A stretch of 64,000 nucleotides of DNA from Candidatus Magasanikiibacteriota bacterium (GCA_021648085.1 JAKITS010000001.1:618759-682758); one strand, 5' to 3'. Shown: positions 40,794 through 51,203, numbered from the stretch's first letter. Notes: generated from the letters alone by a model not told the origin. Translations and numbers: made by a program.

Positions 40794-42116
40794 TCAAGAC
40801 TTATCTACTTTAAAATTTCTAACACGACTATCCATAATAATACTGGATTGATAAAATCGTTTTTTTAGTACAAGTCCTTCGAGAGTTGTACAACGACTGA
40901 GCGCGACATACGTTTGACCGTGAACAAAAGTACCTCGTCCAAGATCTACCACAACTTTATCAAAAGTTTTCCCCTGACTTTTATGAATAGTCATAGCCCA
41001 AGCAAGTTTTACTGGCATTTGTGTAAATGATCCTATTATCTCGCGTTCAAACACACCTTTATTAAAAACATACCTAGAAATTTCCCAAGTATAATTTCCC
41101 ACCTCAACCACTACTCCGTTTGTCTTTTCTACACTAACAACACAACCTCCAATTTTTCCGTCTTCATCAATATCTGTATTTATATCAATAACAGTACCAA
41201 TAGTTCCATTCACCCAGCGTCTTTCTGAATCATTATAAATAAACATGACTTGTGCGCCAATACACAAACAAATCTCCTCACTATTTGGATATAAATTTTT
41301 TGCAATATCACCTTTTATTGATGCATTAAACGAAATTTCTTTTGCTTGAAGCTCTGCCATTTTTGCCTTATTTATGGTTGCGGCCATAGCATTTGTTGTG
41401 ACAAGGTGTACATAATTATCTTCTTGTTTTGGTTCAAAGGTTGGAATAAGCCGTGAGTTCAAAAGTTCTATATGACTATTATTTACTACTCCCTCTCGGA
41501 CAGCATTAAGAACATTGATAAAATCCTTATCTTTTTGTCTATACATTTTTGTGAGTTCAATAATACGCAATCCACTATTTGAAAACATACTGGTCTGAGA
41601 AAGTCTACCAAAAACATTTGCATCAAAAAAGTATGGTGAATCGTACTCCAAAAAAAACTTCTCCTTGTCTCTTTGCGTCACAACTGGTGGAAGTTGATAA
41701 AGATCGCCAAAAAAAATCATTTGCACCCCACCAAAAGGCTCATTGTTCTGGCGTGCCCTGCGCAAAAGTGTATCAACAGCATCCAAAAGATCAGCTCGAA
41801 CCATAGAAATTTCATCAATAGCCAAGGTCTTGATATTTCTAAACTTTACTTTTTTTCTTTCATTAATTGTCATTGACTCTGCCTCGTCTAGTTCAAATCC
41901 TGGCTTTAACATAAAAAATGAATGGATAGTTTCTCCACGCACATTTAGAGCGGATATGCCTGTAGGTGCCAGAACTATCATTTTCTTTTTGGATATCAGG
42001 CGAACATGATCAAGCAGTGTCGACTTCCCTGTCCCAGCCTTACCTGTAACAAAAATAGTACTATTTGTATTCTCAATAATATCTATGACATGTTCTGCCT
42101 GTTTTGAAAATTTCAT
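40794..42116 (-). CDS. PIF1/RecD-like SF1 DNA helicase (AAA_30 domain)
   Basis: 440 aa. Walker A GKAGTGKST, DEISMV (Walker B), and QMIFFGDLYQLPPV are typical of Pif1-family helicases. Confidence 0.7.
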   Translation of the reverse strand: MKFSKQAEHVIDIIENTNSTIFVTGKAGTGKSTLLDHVRLISKKKMIVLAPTGISALNVRGETIHSFFMLKPGFELDEAESMTINERKKVKFRNIKTLAIDEISMVRADLLDAVDTLLRRARQNNEPFGGVQMIFFGDLYQLPPVVTQRDKEKFFLEYDSPYFFDANVFGRLSQTSMFSNSGLRIIELTKMYRQKDKDFINVLNAVREGVVNNSHIELLNSRLIPTFEPKQEDNYVHLVTTNAMAATINKAKMAELQAKEISFNASIKGDIAKNLYPNSEEICLCIGAQVMFIYNDSERRWVNGTIGTVIDINTDIDEDGKIGGCVVSVEKTNGVVVEVGNYTWEISRYVFNKGVFEREIIGSFTQMPVKLAWAMTIHKSQGKTFDKVVVDLGRGTFVHGQTYVALSRCTTLEGLVLKKRFYQSSIIMDSRVRNFKVDKS

Positions 42117-42411
42117 AATTTTTTTCTTCTCGTTTTTTACAACAGATATTCTATCATACCTTACCTGTAAATCTCTATAAATAATACAGAATTTATTTAT
42201 TATACAAGATCTTAATATCTACCCATGACAACAACAACCCATTTTTTGTAAGTGCAATTTTGAGATGGTAAATTTTAAGCATTAATTACAAATATATAAT
42301 AAATATTATTAAAAAAACTCCGCTAATTTTAGCGAAGTTTTTTTCAATTACTCGGAGTGGTGAAGGATGTTAGAACTAAAATGCCATTACAAAGACACTA
42401 AAATAAGATTT

Positions 42412-43086
42412 TTAATTCTCATCAAATTCTAAACTATCCAAGATGAAATTAGCCTCAACTTTATAATTTTCAAGACTTTGTATGTCATTTGGAGAACTGA
42501 TATAAAAATTAATAATAAAAATGCTGGTATCATTTATAAATATTGTATATTCTTTTCTGTACGGGTTATTAACATCTTCTTTAAAAAAAACATTATCAAA
42601 ATTTTTGTATTTAATCTTTGAATAACTTATGTCACTTGTTAAATTGTTTAATAGGTTGTTTAAACTAGAACTATTTAGAAGTGTTATATCTTTATTTTTC
42701 GCCAACATTAAAATAGCGAAAGTTTCGTTTGGCTTGATATTGTCTACATCAGAAACACCTACAGGAGAAAAAGCTGTAGAAAATGATCCTCTGTGACTCA
42801 TATTAGACTCTTTTGTTATATACCAAGTAGCCGGAATCTTTACTGTAATTCCTAAATCAGAATTATATTGTTTTTGATAAAAAATTCCAGTTTGCTCATC
42901 TGTTCCCTTCTCTAACATTTCCCATTCTGCCATTGCTCTATCTACCCATACAGTTTGTTCTTCTATATTTGTACTCTCTTCTTTGGCAAAAGGCCAAACA
43001 TTATTATATTGTAGATATACAAAAATACCTGCGAAAATAATCAGATTTGCTAATACGATTGAAATTATTTTAGTTTTTTTGTTCAT
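42412..43086 (-). CDS. Membrane-anchored hypothetical protein
   Basis: 224 aa with an N-terminal TM helix. Terminator hairpin downstream at about 42320..42345. Confidence 0.5.
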   Translation of the reverse strand: MNKKTKIISIVLANLIIFAGIFVYLQYNNVWPFAKEESTNIEEQTVWVDRAMAEWEMLEKGTDEQTGIFYQKQYNSDLGITVKIPATWYITKESNMSHRGSFSTAFSPVGVSDVDNIKPNETFAILMLAKNKDITLLNSSSLNNLLNNLTSDISYSKIKYKNFDNVFFKEDVNNPYRKEYTIFINDTSIFIINFYISSPNDIQSLENYKVEANFILDSLEFDEN

Positions 43087-43207
43087 AAAATTATAATATG
43101 ACTATACACTAAAAATACAAAATTGTGAATTTAAAAGCTAGAAATTATAGAAAGACAAAAATCCAAACATCAAAAAAATAGCCTAATTTAAGCTATTTTT
43201 TATTTCG

Positions 43208-43279
43208 CTCCCAGAGCAGGACTCGAACCTGCAACATCCTGGTTAACAGCCAGGTGTTCTACCATTGAACTATCTGGGA
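43208..43279 (-). tRNA. tRNA-Asn (anticodon GUU)
   Basis: Manual fold of the reverse complement: acceptor TCCCAGA/TCTGGGA, D-arm GTTC-AATGGTA-GAAC, anticodon loop CTGTTAA, T-arm GCAGG-TTCGAGT-CCTGC. U1 is typical of bacterial tRNA-Asn. Confidence 0.85.
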
Positions 43280-43467
43280 ATATAAAAAATAAAAAAATCC
43301 GCATCTTGTGCGGAAATTTTGATGTTTTAGTAAAACAAAATTTCCGCTACTGCGAATTATTGTTATTATTGTTTACTAAAATATATCTCATATATTTATA
43401 TTGTATATACTTTTTATAAATAAGTCAAGTTTTTATGATATAATATAATATATATTGTAAAAATACT

Positions 43468-43929
43468 ATGAATAAAAAAATAACAGAAAAAGATATTCTT
43501 AAATTTCTTAAAAAGCAATTTATAATGCAGATTGCTACGATTTCAAAAAACAAACCACACGCTTCTGTTATCTTATATTATGTTGATAAAGACTTTAACT
43601 TTTATTTTACAACACACAAAAATTCATATAAATCTAAAAACCTACTTAAGAATAAAAAAATAAGTTTTACTATTTGGAAACACGATAAAATATTAGTACA
43701 AGCTGATGGTGTTGTAAGTATTATTAAAAACACTAAAGAAAAATATAGAATTTACAATAAACTAATAAAGTCAGCCTCGATTGGAAAAAATTTTTGGCCA
43801 CCCCTCTTTCATATTAAAGGAAAAAAATACATAGTATTTAAAATAAAACCACAATGGATGCGTATATTAAACTTATCGGAAAAAACAATTACATCAAAAA
43901 CATCACCTTTTACAGAAATTAAATTTTAA
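43468..43929 (+). CDS. Pyridoxamine 5'-phosphate oxidase-like (split-barrel FMN-binding) family protein
   Basis: 153 aa. N-terminal FIMQIATISKNKPHASVILYYVD pattern typical of PNPOx-like proteins. Moderate confidence. Confidence 0.45.
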   Translation: MNKKITEKDILKFLKKQFIMQIATISKNKPHASVILYYVDKDFNFYFTTHKNSYKSKNLLKNKKISFTIWKHDKILVQADGVVSIIKNTKEKYRIYNKLIKSASIGKNFWPPLFHIKGKKYIVFKIKPQWMRILNLSEKTITSKTSPFTEIKF

Positions 43930-43933
43930 TGTT

Positions 43934-44320
43934 ATGATTAAAAAAAATAAAAAAAAATTAATTTTACTATCGGATCTAGACCCGATATTAACTAGATTTT
44001 ATAAATTTAAATTTGAAAAACTAAAAAACTGGAAATCCATTATAGCAAAATCTTATCCAAAAGCACTAAAACAAATAGAAAAAGAAAAGCCACAAATTGT
44101 AATATCAGATATAATACTAAAACAAGGAAACGGTTTCAAACTAATCAAAAAAATTAGAAAATCAAAAAATAAAAAAATATCTAAAATACCAATAATTATT
44201 TTAACCGACCTAAGCCAACTGTCTGATAGTAAAAAAGCTAAAAAACTTGGTGCTACAGAGTATTTAATTAAAAATGAAGTTTCTCTAAATGATGTAATTA
44301 AAAAAATTGAAGATTTATAA
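43934..44320 (+). CDS. Stand-alone response-regulator receiver domain (CheY-like)
   Basis: 128 aa. Phospho-acceptor region VISDIIL, ILTD, and conserved K in YLIK. No output domain and no histidine kinase in the window. Confidence 0.6.
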   Translation: MIKKNKKKLILLSDLDPILTRFYKFKFEKLKNWKSIIAKSYPKALKQIEKEKPQIVISDIILKQGNGFKLIKKIRKSKNKKISKIPIIILTDLSQLSDSKKAKKLGATEYLIKNEVSLNDVIKKIEDL

Positions 44321-44346
44321 AAAATAAAGCCTACAAAAAATTACTT

Positions 44347-45384
44347 TTAAAAGTAATTTTTAATTGCCAATTCCACTAATTTTGTAATCAAATTTTTATA
44401 ACTCAAACCAGACTCAATCCAAAGTTTTGGATACATAGAAATAGGTGTAAAACCTGGAATTGTGTTTATTTCATTTAAAAAGATTTTATTATTTTTATCC
44501 ATCAAAAAATCCACTCTTGCCAAACCTTGACAATTTGATATTTTATAAGCATATAATGCTATTTTTTTTATTTCTTTTATTTGTTCGTTTGATAATTTTG
44601 CAGGGATCTCAAAAACTGCGTTCTCTTCCTTATATTTATCATCATAATCATAAAAATCTGCACCCGGAATTATTTTTCCCAAAATAGAAATATTAAAATC
44701 TTTTACACTATTTCCCAAAATAGAAACTTCTATTTCTACTGCACAATTCACAGCTTCTTCAATTACAATTCTATTATCATATTTGGTCGCTTTTTCTATT
44801 GAACTTTCCAATTTATTTTTATCTTCTACTTTATAAACTCCAATAGACGAGCCAGCTCGTGAAGGTTTTACAAAAACTGGAAATTTAAATTTATTTTTTA
44901 TTTTTTCTATTTTTCTGCTTATCTCTTTTTTATCTTCTGCCAAAAAATCTATCCCCACAAATTTTGGTTTGGAGATTTTATTATAAACCATCAATTGATT
45001 GAAGATATATTTATCCAAACAAACCGCAGACGCCAAAATATCTGCGCCAACAAATGGAATTTTTAAAGTTTTCAAAAAACCTTGAATTGAGCCATCTTCC
45101 CCACCTTCCCCATGAAGAACTGGAAAAGCAACATCAATCTTTTTAGCAAGATTATTTAAATCAACTTTTTCTAACTCTTTTAAATTTTTATTTTTAACTT
45201 TCTCAATAACATTTTTACCAGTCCAAAAAATCCCCTTTTTATCAATAAAAATTTCTATTATTTTAAATTTTTTATTGTCCACACTGCTCAAAACGCCCTC
45301 AGCAGAAATAATTGAAATATCATATTCACTAGAAATCCCACCAAAAAAAATACCAAGAATTTTCATATTTTTAAGTAATCCCAA
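44347..45384 (-). CDS. ddl: D-alanine--D-alanine ligase
   Basis: 345 aa. FPVLHGEGGEDGSIQG and ATP-grasp motifs. Confidence 0.85.
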   Translation of the reverse strand: MGLLKNMKILGIFFGGISSEYDISIISAEGVLSSVDNKKFKIIEIFIDKKGIFWTGKNVIEKVKNKNLKELEKVDLNNLAKKIDVAFPVLHGEGGEDGSIQGFLKTLKIPFVGADILASAVCLDKYIFNQLMVYNKISKPKFVGIDFLAEDKKEISRKIEKIKNKFKFPVFVKPSRAGSSIGVYKVEDKNKLESSIEKATKYDNRIVIEEAVNCAVEIEVSILGNSVKDFNISILGKIIPGADFYDYDDKYKEENAVFEIPAKLSNEQIKEIKKIALYAYKISNCQGLARVDFLMDKNNKIFLNEINTIPGFTPISMYPKLWIESGLSYKNLITKLVELAIKNYF

Positions 45385-46354
45385 CTAGCTTTTTTACTTC
45401 TTCCAAAGTTTGAGTAGCTTTTGGTTGTGCTTTTTGTGCGCCTTTTATTAGAATTTCTGCGATTTTATCTCTGTCCATTAGCAATTCTTCACGAGTTTTT
45501 CTAAATTCTGCAAAATACTCACTTATAGAATTAGAAGTTAGCTTTTTTAATTCACTATATTTTATAGTTCCATCTTTTTCAGCCTGTTTAAACCTTTCCA
45601 ATTCTTTTTTATCCCCAAAGTTTTGAGCAAGTGTGAATAAATTTTGAACACCTGGTGATTCATCACCGCCAGCCGAAGCTGTCACAGACTTTTGAATTTT
45701 CTTTTCAATTATATTTGGCTCATCCGCCAATTCTATTACATGGCCCAATCCAGCACTTTTACTCATCTTTTTTGTAGGCTCCAATAAACTCATCACTTTT
45801 GGAGTTTCCGTAAGCAGATCCTGAACTTCTGCAAAATAATCATCAAATCTATTATTAAACCAACGCCCAATTTTCCTAGTTAATTCCACATGTTGGACTT
45901 GATCCTTCCCTACTGGAACTTTATTTGCACCATAAAGCAAAATATCTGCAGACTGCAAAACTGGATAAGAAAACAAACCAGAATTAATATTTTTTGCTTG
46001 TTTTACAGACTTATCTTTAAATTGAGTCATTCTTTCTAGCTCCACAATTGGTGTTATACAATTAAAAATCCAATTCAACTCTGTATGCCCATCTATGTGT
46101 GACTGAACAAAAAATGTAGTCTTGTCCGGATCAATTCCAACAGCCAACAATTCTACTGCAGTTTTTATTATCTGCTCTTTTCTGTCTTCTGCACTCATAT
46201 TTCCAGTCAAAGAATGGAGGTCGGCAATAAAAATATACATTTCATATTTACCAGAATTTTGAAGTTCCACCCAATTTTTTACTGCACCCAAATAGTTTCC
46301 AATGTGTAAATTCCCAGTTGGTTGCATTCCAGATACTATTATTTCTTTTGACAT
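45371..46354 (-). CDS. trpS: Tryptophan--tRNA ligase
   Basis: 327 aa. HIGN (HIGH) and KMSKS motifs, MQPTGNLHIGNYLGA. Overlaps ddl by 14 nt. Confidence 0.9.
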   Translation of the reverse strand: MSKEIIVSGMQPTGNLHIGNYLGAVKNWVELQNSGKYEMYIFIADLHSLTGNMSAEDRKEQIIKTAVELLAVGIDPDKTTFFVQSHIDGHTELNWIFNCITPIVELERMTQFKDKSVKQAKNINSGLFSYPVLQSADILLYGANKVPVGKDQVQHVELTRKIGRWFNNRFDDYFAEVQDLLTETPKVMSLLEPTKKMSKSAGLGHVIELADEPNIIEKKIQKSVTASAGGDESPGVQNLFTLAQNFGDKKELERFKQAEKDGTIKYSELKKLTSNSISEYFAEFRKTREELLMDRDKIAEILIKGAQKAQPKATQTLEEVKKLVGIT

Positions 46355-46468
46355 ATTTTTTGTTCATTTACTAAATTCTCACTACCTAAAGTCTATCACA
46401 GCCCAAAATAAAAATATAGTGGTTAAACTATATTTTTATTTTTTGAATTTATTTTATTACTTAATATT

Positions 46469-46663
46469 TTATTGATTTGGGTTTTCTGGTAAAAATACTG
46501 TGGCCAAAACATAAGCAGCAATCATAGGAAAAAATCCTGTTGTAAAAACCAATAATACAAAAATTACTCTAAGTATGTTTGCGTCTACGCTCAAATACTC
46601 ACCCACCCCACCCAAAACTCCAGAAAGTTTTTTATCTTTTTTAGACTTGTATAATTTTTTCAT
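46469..46663 (-). CDS. PspC-domain membrane protein
   Basis: 64 aa. KKLSGVLGGVGEYLSVDANILRVIFVLL is the PspC domain signature, followed by a TM helix. Confidence 0.7.
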   Translation of the reverse strand: MKKLYKSKKDKKLSGVLGGVGEYLSVDANILRVIFVLLVFTTGFFPMIAAYVLATVFLPENPNQ

Positions 46664-46671
46664 AATAATTA

Positions 46672-48474
46672 TTATACTTGAATAATTACAGGCAAAATCA
46701 TTGGGCGTTTTTTTGTTTTTGTAAGAACAAACTGACCTATTTTGTCGCGGATATCATTTTTAATTTGATTTGTGTCTGCCCAAGTTAATGGATCTGACTT
46801 CAAAACCATTCTTTTTACCTTGTGTCGCACATCTTCTATTAAAGCTTTATTTTCTTTTAAGAATACAAACCCACGAGATATAATATCTGGATTTTGCACC
46901 AAAACTCCTTTTTTAGAATCTACTGTTGCAATTATTACAATCATTCCGTCTTCTGCTAAGGCTTGCCTATCACGAATTACAATTTTTTGTGTATCGCTCA
47001 CCCCAAGCCCATCTACAAACACATAATCTGTATCAACTTTTTCTTTCAAAATTCGTAAAGATTTGGGATTTAACTCCATTACAGTTCCATTATCTGGAAC
47101 TACTATTCTCTCTTTTGGAAAACCATTTTCACGCGCCAACTTTGCAGCTTCTTTCAAAAAATAATGATAAGCATAAACCGGCATAAAATATGTTGGTTGA
47201 ATTTGCTTTATCATATCCAAAATATCTTGACGAGTTGCATGTCCACTCACATGAACATCCATTACCTGATTATGATAAACATTATCACACTGGCGATACA
47301 TATTATCTTTCAATTTCTGAATGCTTCTCTCATTTCCCGGGATTACAGAAGAAGAAAATATTACAGTATCTTTGTCCACCAAAGAAATAAATCTGTGACT
47401 TTTATTTACAATTCTAGAAAGGACCGCATTTTGCTCTCCTTGAGCTCCAGTACACACAACCATTACTTTGTTATCTGGATAATCTTTGATGTTTTTTATA
47501 TCTATAAGCACACCTTTTCTCATTTTCACATAGCCAAGTTTTCTGGCTAGTTCTATGTTCATTTTCATACTATAACCATCTAAAGCTACAACTTTGCCCA
47601 TATCTTGTGCTACATCCAAAATCCATTTTACACGCTCAATTTGTGATGAAAATGTTCCAATAATAATTCTACCTTGTGCTTTAGAAATAATTTTTTTCAA
47701 ATTTCTATACATTTCTTCATAAGATGCTCCGCGATGTTCGTGCATTGCACCCAAACTTTCCAACATTAAAATAGTTGGCATGTTTGGTTTTTTCATCTCT
47801 CTCAATTCTTTATAATCTATTAAAGGATTTCCATCCTCATCGTGATCAAAAGTCCAATCTCCGGGATGAATTGCAATTCCAGCTGGAGTTTCAATAATCA
47901 CACCGACAGCATCCATAATTGAATGCTCTACTTGAAAAAACTTTACTGTAATTTTTCCAAAACGAATTACATCTTTTACACTTTTTATACGAATTGTTTT
48001 CAATTTATCTGCTGTACCTTTTTTATAATCATCTTGCTTATGTTTTATCATCGCAAGAGTCAAATCACGAGCAGCAATCACAGGATTATTTAATTTTTCT
48101 AGTAAAATCGGTGCAGCCCCAATATGGTCCAAATGTCCGTGACTAAACACAACACCTTTTACATCTTTCTCCCTACCTTCCAAATATTTTGTATTTGGAA
48201 TTATAAAATCAATTCCAGGCATATCATCTTCTGGAAACTGAATTCCCATATCCAAAATAACAATGTCACCATCATACTCAAACACAGTCATATTACGACC
48301 AACCTCCTCACATCCGCCAATTGGTATAATACGAAGATTCTTGTTTTTAGGTAAAACAAGTGACTTCTTTTTTCTGTTATCATTTTGCCCACCTTTTTTG
48401 GCAGGTCTTCGTGTAGAATTATGCCCACCTCTTTTGTTTTGTGCCTTGTAGGTATTTCTCTTTTTGTTTTCCAT
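46672..48474 (-). CDS. rnj: Ribonuclease J (start at the internal ATG 48474; the ORF track extends to 48555)
   Basis: beta-lactamase motif HGHLDHIGA and beta-CASP region. A basic N-terminal extension is present. A hairpin tagggaataatcccta at 48499..48515 lies inside the longer ORF version, favouring the shorter start. Confidence 0.85.
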   Translation of the reverse strand: MENKKRNTYKAQNKRGGHNSTRRPAKKGGQNDNRKKKSLVLPKNKNLRIIPIGGCEEVGRNMTVFEYDGDIVILDMGIQFPEDDMPGIDFIIPNTKYLEGREKDVKGVVFSHGHLDHIGAAPILLEKLNNPVIAARDLTLAMIKHKQDDYKKGTADKLKTIRIKSVKDVIRFGKITVKFFQVEHSIMDAVGVIIETPAGIAIHPGDWTFDHDEDGNPLIDYKELREMKKPNMPTILMLESLGAMHEHRGASYEEMYRNLKKIISKAQGRIIIGTFSSQIERVKWILDVAQDMGKVVALDGYSMKMNIELARKLGYVKMRKGVLIDIKNIKDYPDNKVMVVCTGAQGEQNAVLSRIVNKSHRFISLVDKDTVIFSSSVIPGNERSIQKLKDNMYRQCDNVYHNQVMDVHVSGHATRQDILDMIKQIQPTYFMPVYAYHYFLKEAAKLARENGFPKERIVVPDNGTVMELNPKSLRILKEKVDTDYVFVDGLGVSDTQKIVIRDRQALAEDGMIVIIATVDSKKGVLVQNPDIISRGFVFLKENKALIEDVRHKVKRMVLKSDPLTWADTNQIKNDIRDKIGQFVLTKTKKRPMILPVIIQV

Positions 48475-48676
48475 ATTTTTATTAATTAAAAAAGTTTGTA
48501 GGGAATAATCCCTATTAAAATTTAAATTGTTTGAAGATTTTAAACTCTTTTGCAAACAACTTTTTAAAAGAATAAAATTCTCAAAATACCTTATTTATAC
48601 AAAGTATTTGTTAAATTTTACACAAAAGTTATTTACAAATAAGTCTAAGATGTTGGACAAGCTCTTAAATAAAAAA

Positions 48677-50713
48677 TTATTTCTTAAAATTCCACTGACC
48701 TTTTGTCTTAATGAACCAAGTATTCACATCTGCAAACCTATCTGCAGGTCTTGCAATTCTCACAGCACTAACCCCTTGAACCTTATCTGTGGTTGCATAA
48801 GTATATATTGGGATAAACAAGAAAGACGCTGGCTTCTCAGCAATAATTATATCTTGTAATTTTGAATATATCTCTTCTAGTTTTTCTGTATTATCTTCTT
48901 TTTGAGCTTGTTCCAACAAAGCGTCTGCATTTCTATTTACATATCCAGACAAATTCAAGCCAGGAAAAGCAACTTGTGATGAATGCCAAAAAGGAAACTG
49001 ATCTGGATCATTTCCAACAATTACTCCATAAAGTAAAATATCATACTCCCTAGGTCTTAAAACTTCTTTATTAAAATCTTTTGAATTTACATATTTTATA
49101 TTTGTCATTACTCCCAAATCCTGCCAAAAAGCTGACAACAAATTAGCTACTTGTCTGAATTCTTCTGTATCTGCCGTTACCAGCTTAAGTGTCAAAAACT
49201 CATCATTACTATTTTTTCTATAAAAAGATTGGACTTCACTTATCTCCTCATTCAGTCTTATTTCTATTTCTTGTTCTGCAAGTTCTCTTAATCTTGTCTT
49301 TTCTGCCTCGAGAACTTCTGTTGCTATTTCTGGAGTTGTTGTAGAAATATTGCCCGTTTCTTCGCCTACTGTTTCTTCTTCAGTTTTTTGCAGATCTTCC
49401 CACTCTTTCAACAAGGTTTCTTTACGCAAAGTTCTATAATCTTCTGCTGTCACTTTACTCCAACTTTTATCCAAAAGTTCACTTGCTTCTTGAACATCGT
49501 AAGTAGATTTATTTTTTTCTTCATCAAAACCAGGAAATCCAGGTAAAATAGGTCCATTTAAAGTTTTTGCTTCCCCGCTTAAAACCTCCTTCAAAATACG
49601 ATCCTTATTAATAGCATAAGAAAGTGCTGTACGCAAATTCTTACTCTTCATTTTATCTACACCAAGATTAAAAAACAAAGCATTGTATTGTGGCAAATGC
49701 AAAGTATGTAAATTAATATGTTTCCTCTCCACTCTGTGTTGCAAATCTGATGGTACAAAATTTAATCCATCTACTTTTTGCTCTCGTATAGCTTGAATTG
49801 CCCCGGCTTCTCCACCGTATTCATTATAAAATTGAAACACAAATTCCTTTATAAAAGCTGGCGCTCTGTGGTAATTTTCATATCTCACAAGCTCATACCT
49901 AAAAATATAGCCAGACTCATCTTGTACCAGTTTTTTGAATACAAACGGTCCAGTTCCGACTGGTTGTAGATTTCTTTGAGCCAAACGAACACGCTCTGGA
50001 GAGATTTGTGACCAAATATGCTCTGGAATAATTCCAACAGTCAAACTAGACAAAAATGGCGTAAAAGGTTCCTTTAAAGTAAATCTTACATTCTGCTCAT
50101 CTATTACTTTTACATCTACTCCTTGAAAACTTACAAATAATGGGCTGTTTACAGAAGGCTCCAAAATTGTATCTATTGTAAAAACAACATCATAAGCTGT
50201 AAAAGGTTGTCCATCGTGCCACTTTACATCCTCTTTTAATTTAAAAGTATAAGTTTTTTTATCATCACTTATCTCATAAGATTCTGCTAAATCCAATTGG
50301 ATTTGCTGATTTTCGTCGTAACGCAACAGACCAGAATAAACTAAATTTGAAATATCCAAGTCAACATCATTTATACTAGCAAAAACAGGATTTATAAGTT
50401 GTGGTGAACCAACAACAGCTTCTATATACTTTCCACCAACTGCAGGAATGTCCACTCTAAAATTATTAACAAGAACAACTCCAGACCAAAAAATTCCAAC
50501 TAAAAAAATTAAAGAACTAAGGCTTAATATCTTCTGCTCTTTAGATGATAACAAGTGTTTTATTCTTCTAAACTGACCCCAGCTAGGAACTTTTTTACCA
50601 TGTATTTTACGCAAAAGTTTTGTGTCTAGTTCGCGACCAACCAAAGACTTAGGTTCTCTTTTTTTTAATTTAGAAAACTTTTTAGAAATTTTTTTAACTA
50701 ATTTTTGAAGCAC
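48677..50713 (-). CDS. ABC transporter substrate-binding protein, family 5 (peptide/nickel, OppA/DppA-like), membrane-anchored
   Basis: 678 aa. SBP_bac_5-like blocks (YTFKLKEDVKWHDGQPFTAYDVVFT). The N-terminus has a ~55-aa polybasic segment and then a TM helix instead of a lipoprotein signal. No permease or ATPase genes adjacent. Confidence 0.7.
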   Translation of the reverse strand: MLQKLVKKISKKFSKLKKREPKSLVGRELDTKLLRKIHGKKVPSWGQFRRIKHLLSSKEQKILSLSSLIFLVGIFWSGVVLVNNFRVDIPAVGGKYIEAVVGSPQLINPVFASINDVDLDISNLVYSGLLRYDENQQIQLDLAESYEISDDKKTYTFKLKEDVKWHDGQPFTAYDVVFTIDTILEPSVNSPLFVSFQGVDVKVIDEQNVRFTLKEPFTPFLSSLTVGIIPEHIWSQISPERVRLAQRNLQPVGTGPFVFKKLVQDESGYIFRYELVRYENYHRAPAFIKEFVFQFYNEYGGEAGAIQAIREQKVDGLNFVPSDLQHRVERKHINLHTLHLPQYNALFFNLGVDKMKSKNLRTALSYAINKDRILKEVLSGEAKTLNGPILPGFPGFDEEKNKSTYDVQEASELLDKSWSKVTAEDYRTLRKETLLKEWEDLQKTEEETVGEETGNISTTTPEIATEVLEAEKTRLRELAEQEIEIRLNEEISEVQSFYRKNSNDEFLTLKLVTADTEEFRQVANLLSAFWQDLGVMTNIKYVNSKDFNKEVLRPREYDILLYGVIVGNDPDQFPFWHSSQVAFPGLNLSGYVNRNADALLEQAQKEDNTEKLEEIYSKLQDIIIAEKPASFLFIPIYTYATTDKVQGVSAVRIARPADRFADVNTWFIKTKGQWNFKK

Positions 50714-50764
50714 ATTATTGGTTAAAAATAACCTATTTTTAGAATTTATTACAAAACAAACCCT

Positions 50765-50983
50765 TTAAATAACTAAACTAATTATTGCCAAGAGGAAGAA
50801 AAATATTGATAATACAATAGTAGCATTAAAAAGTAGTTTATCTACTCCACGCTTTGTAGTCTTGATAGAGCCTCCACCTCCTCCAAAGGCAGCACCCAAT
50901 CCTGAACTGCTTTTTTGCAATAGTATTACAACTATCAATAAAACCGACAGGATAATTTGTATAATTGAAATTGTGAAGTTCAT
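50765..50983 (-). CDS. secG: Preprotein translocase subunit SecG
   Basis: 72 aa, two TM helices separated by the Gly-rich GLGAAFGGGGGS loop typical of SecG. Confidence 0.75.
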   Translation of the reverse strand: MNFTISIIQIILSVLLIVVILLQKSSSGLGAAFGGGGGSIKTTKRGVDKLLFNATIVLSIFFFLLAIISLVI

Positions 50984-51131
50984 AACTTATGATACCAAAA
51001 TAATAAAGGCATATCTAGTAAATTTACAATATCCTTATTAGATATACTTAAATAGTATAGTATAGTTTGATAAATTAATCAAGTATTTCAATACAAATAA
51101 CAATAAAATAGTTAATAATTCAACTTATTGT

Positions 51132-51160
51132 TTGACAATTAAGCCAATGTGTTTTATTAT
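51132..51160 (+). promoter_or_regulatory. sigma70 promoter (TTGACA, 17-nt spacer, TATTAT)
   Basis: ttgaca at 51132..51137, a 17-nt spacer, and tattat at 51155..51160, upstream of the zinc-ribbon ORF. Confidence 0.55.
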
Positions 51161-51203
51161 TATATGTACGAATAAATGTACTTTTGAGAATAGGGAGTAT
51201 AAA

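Noticed and set aside
43290-43330. Hairpin tccgcatcttgtgcgga with a T-run, on the 5' side of tRNA-Asn
   Set aside because: It is terminator-like on the minus strand, but there is no upstream minus-strand gene for it to terminate within 1 kb. It may be a processing element, but evidence is weak.
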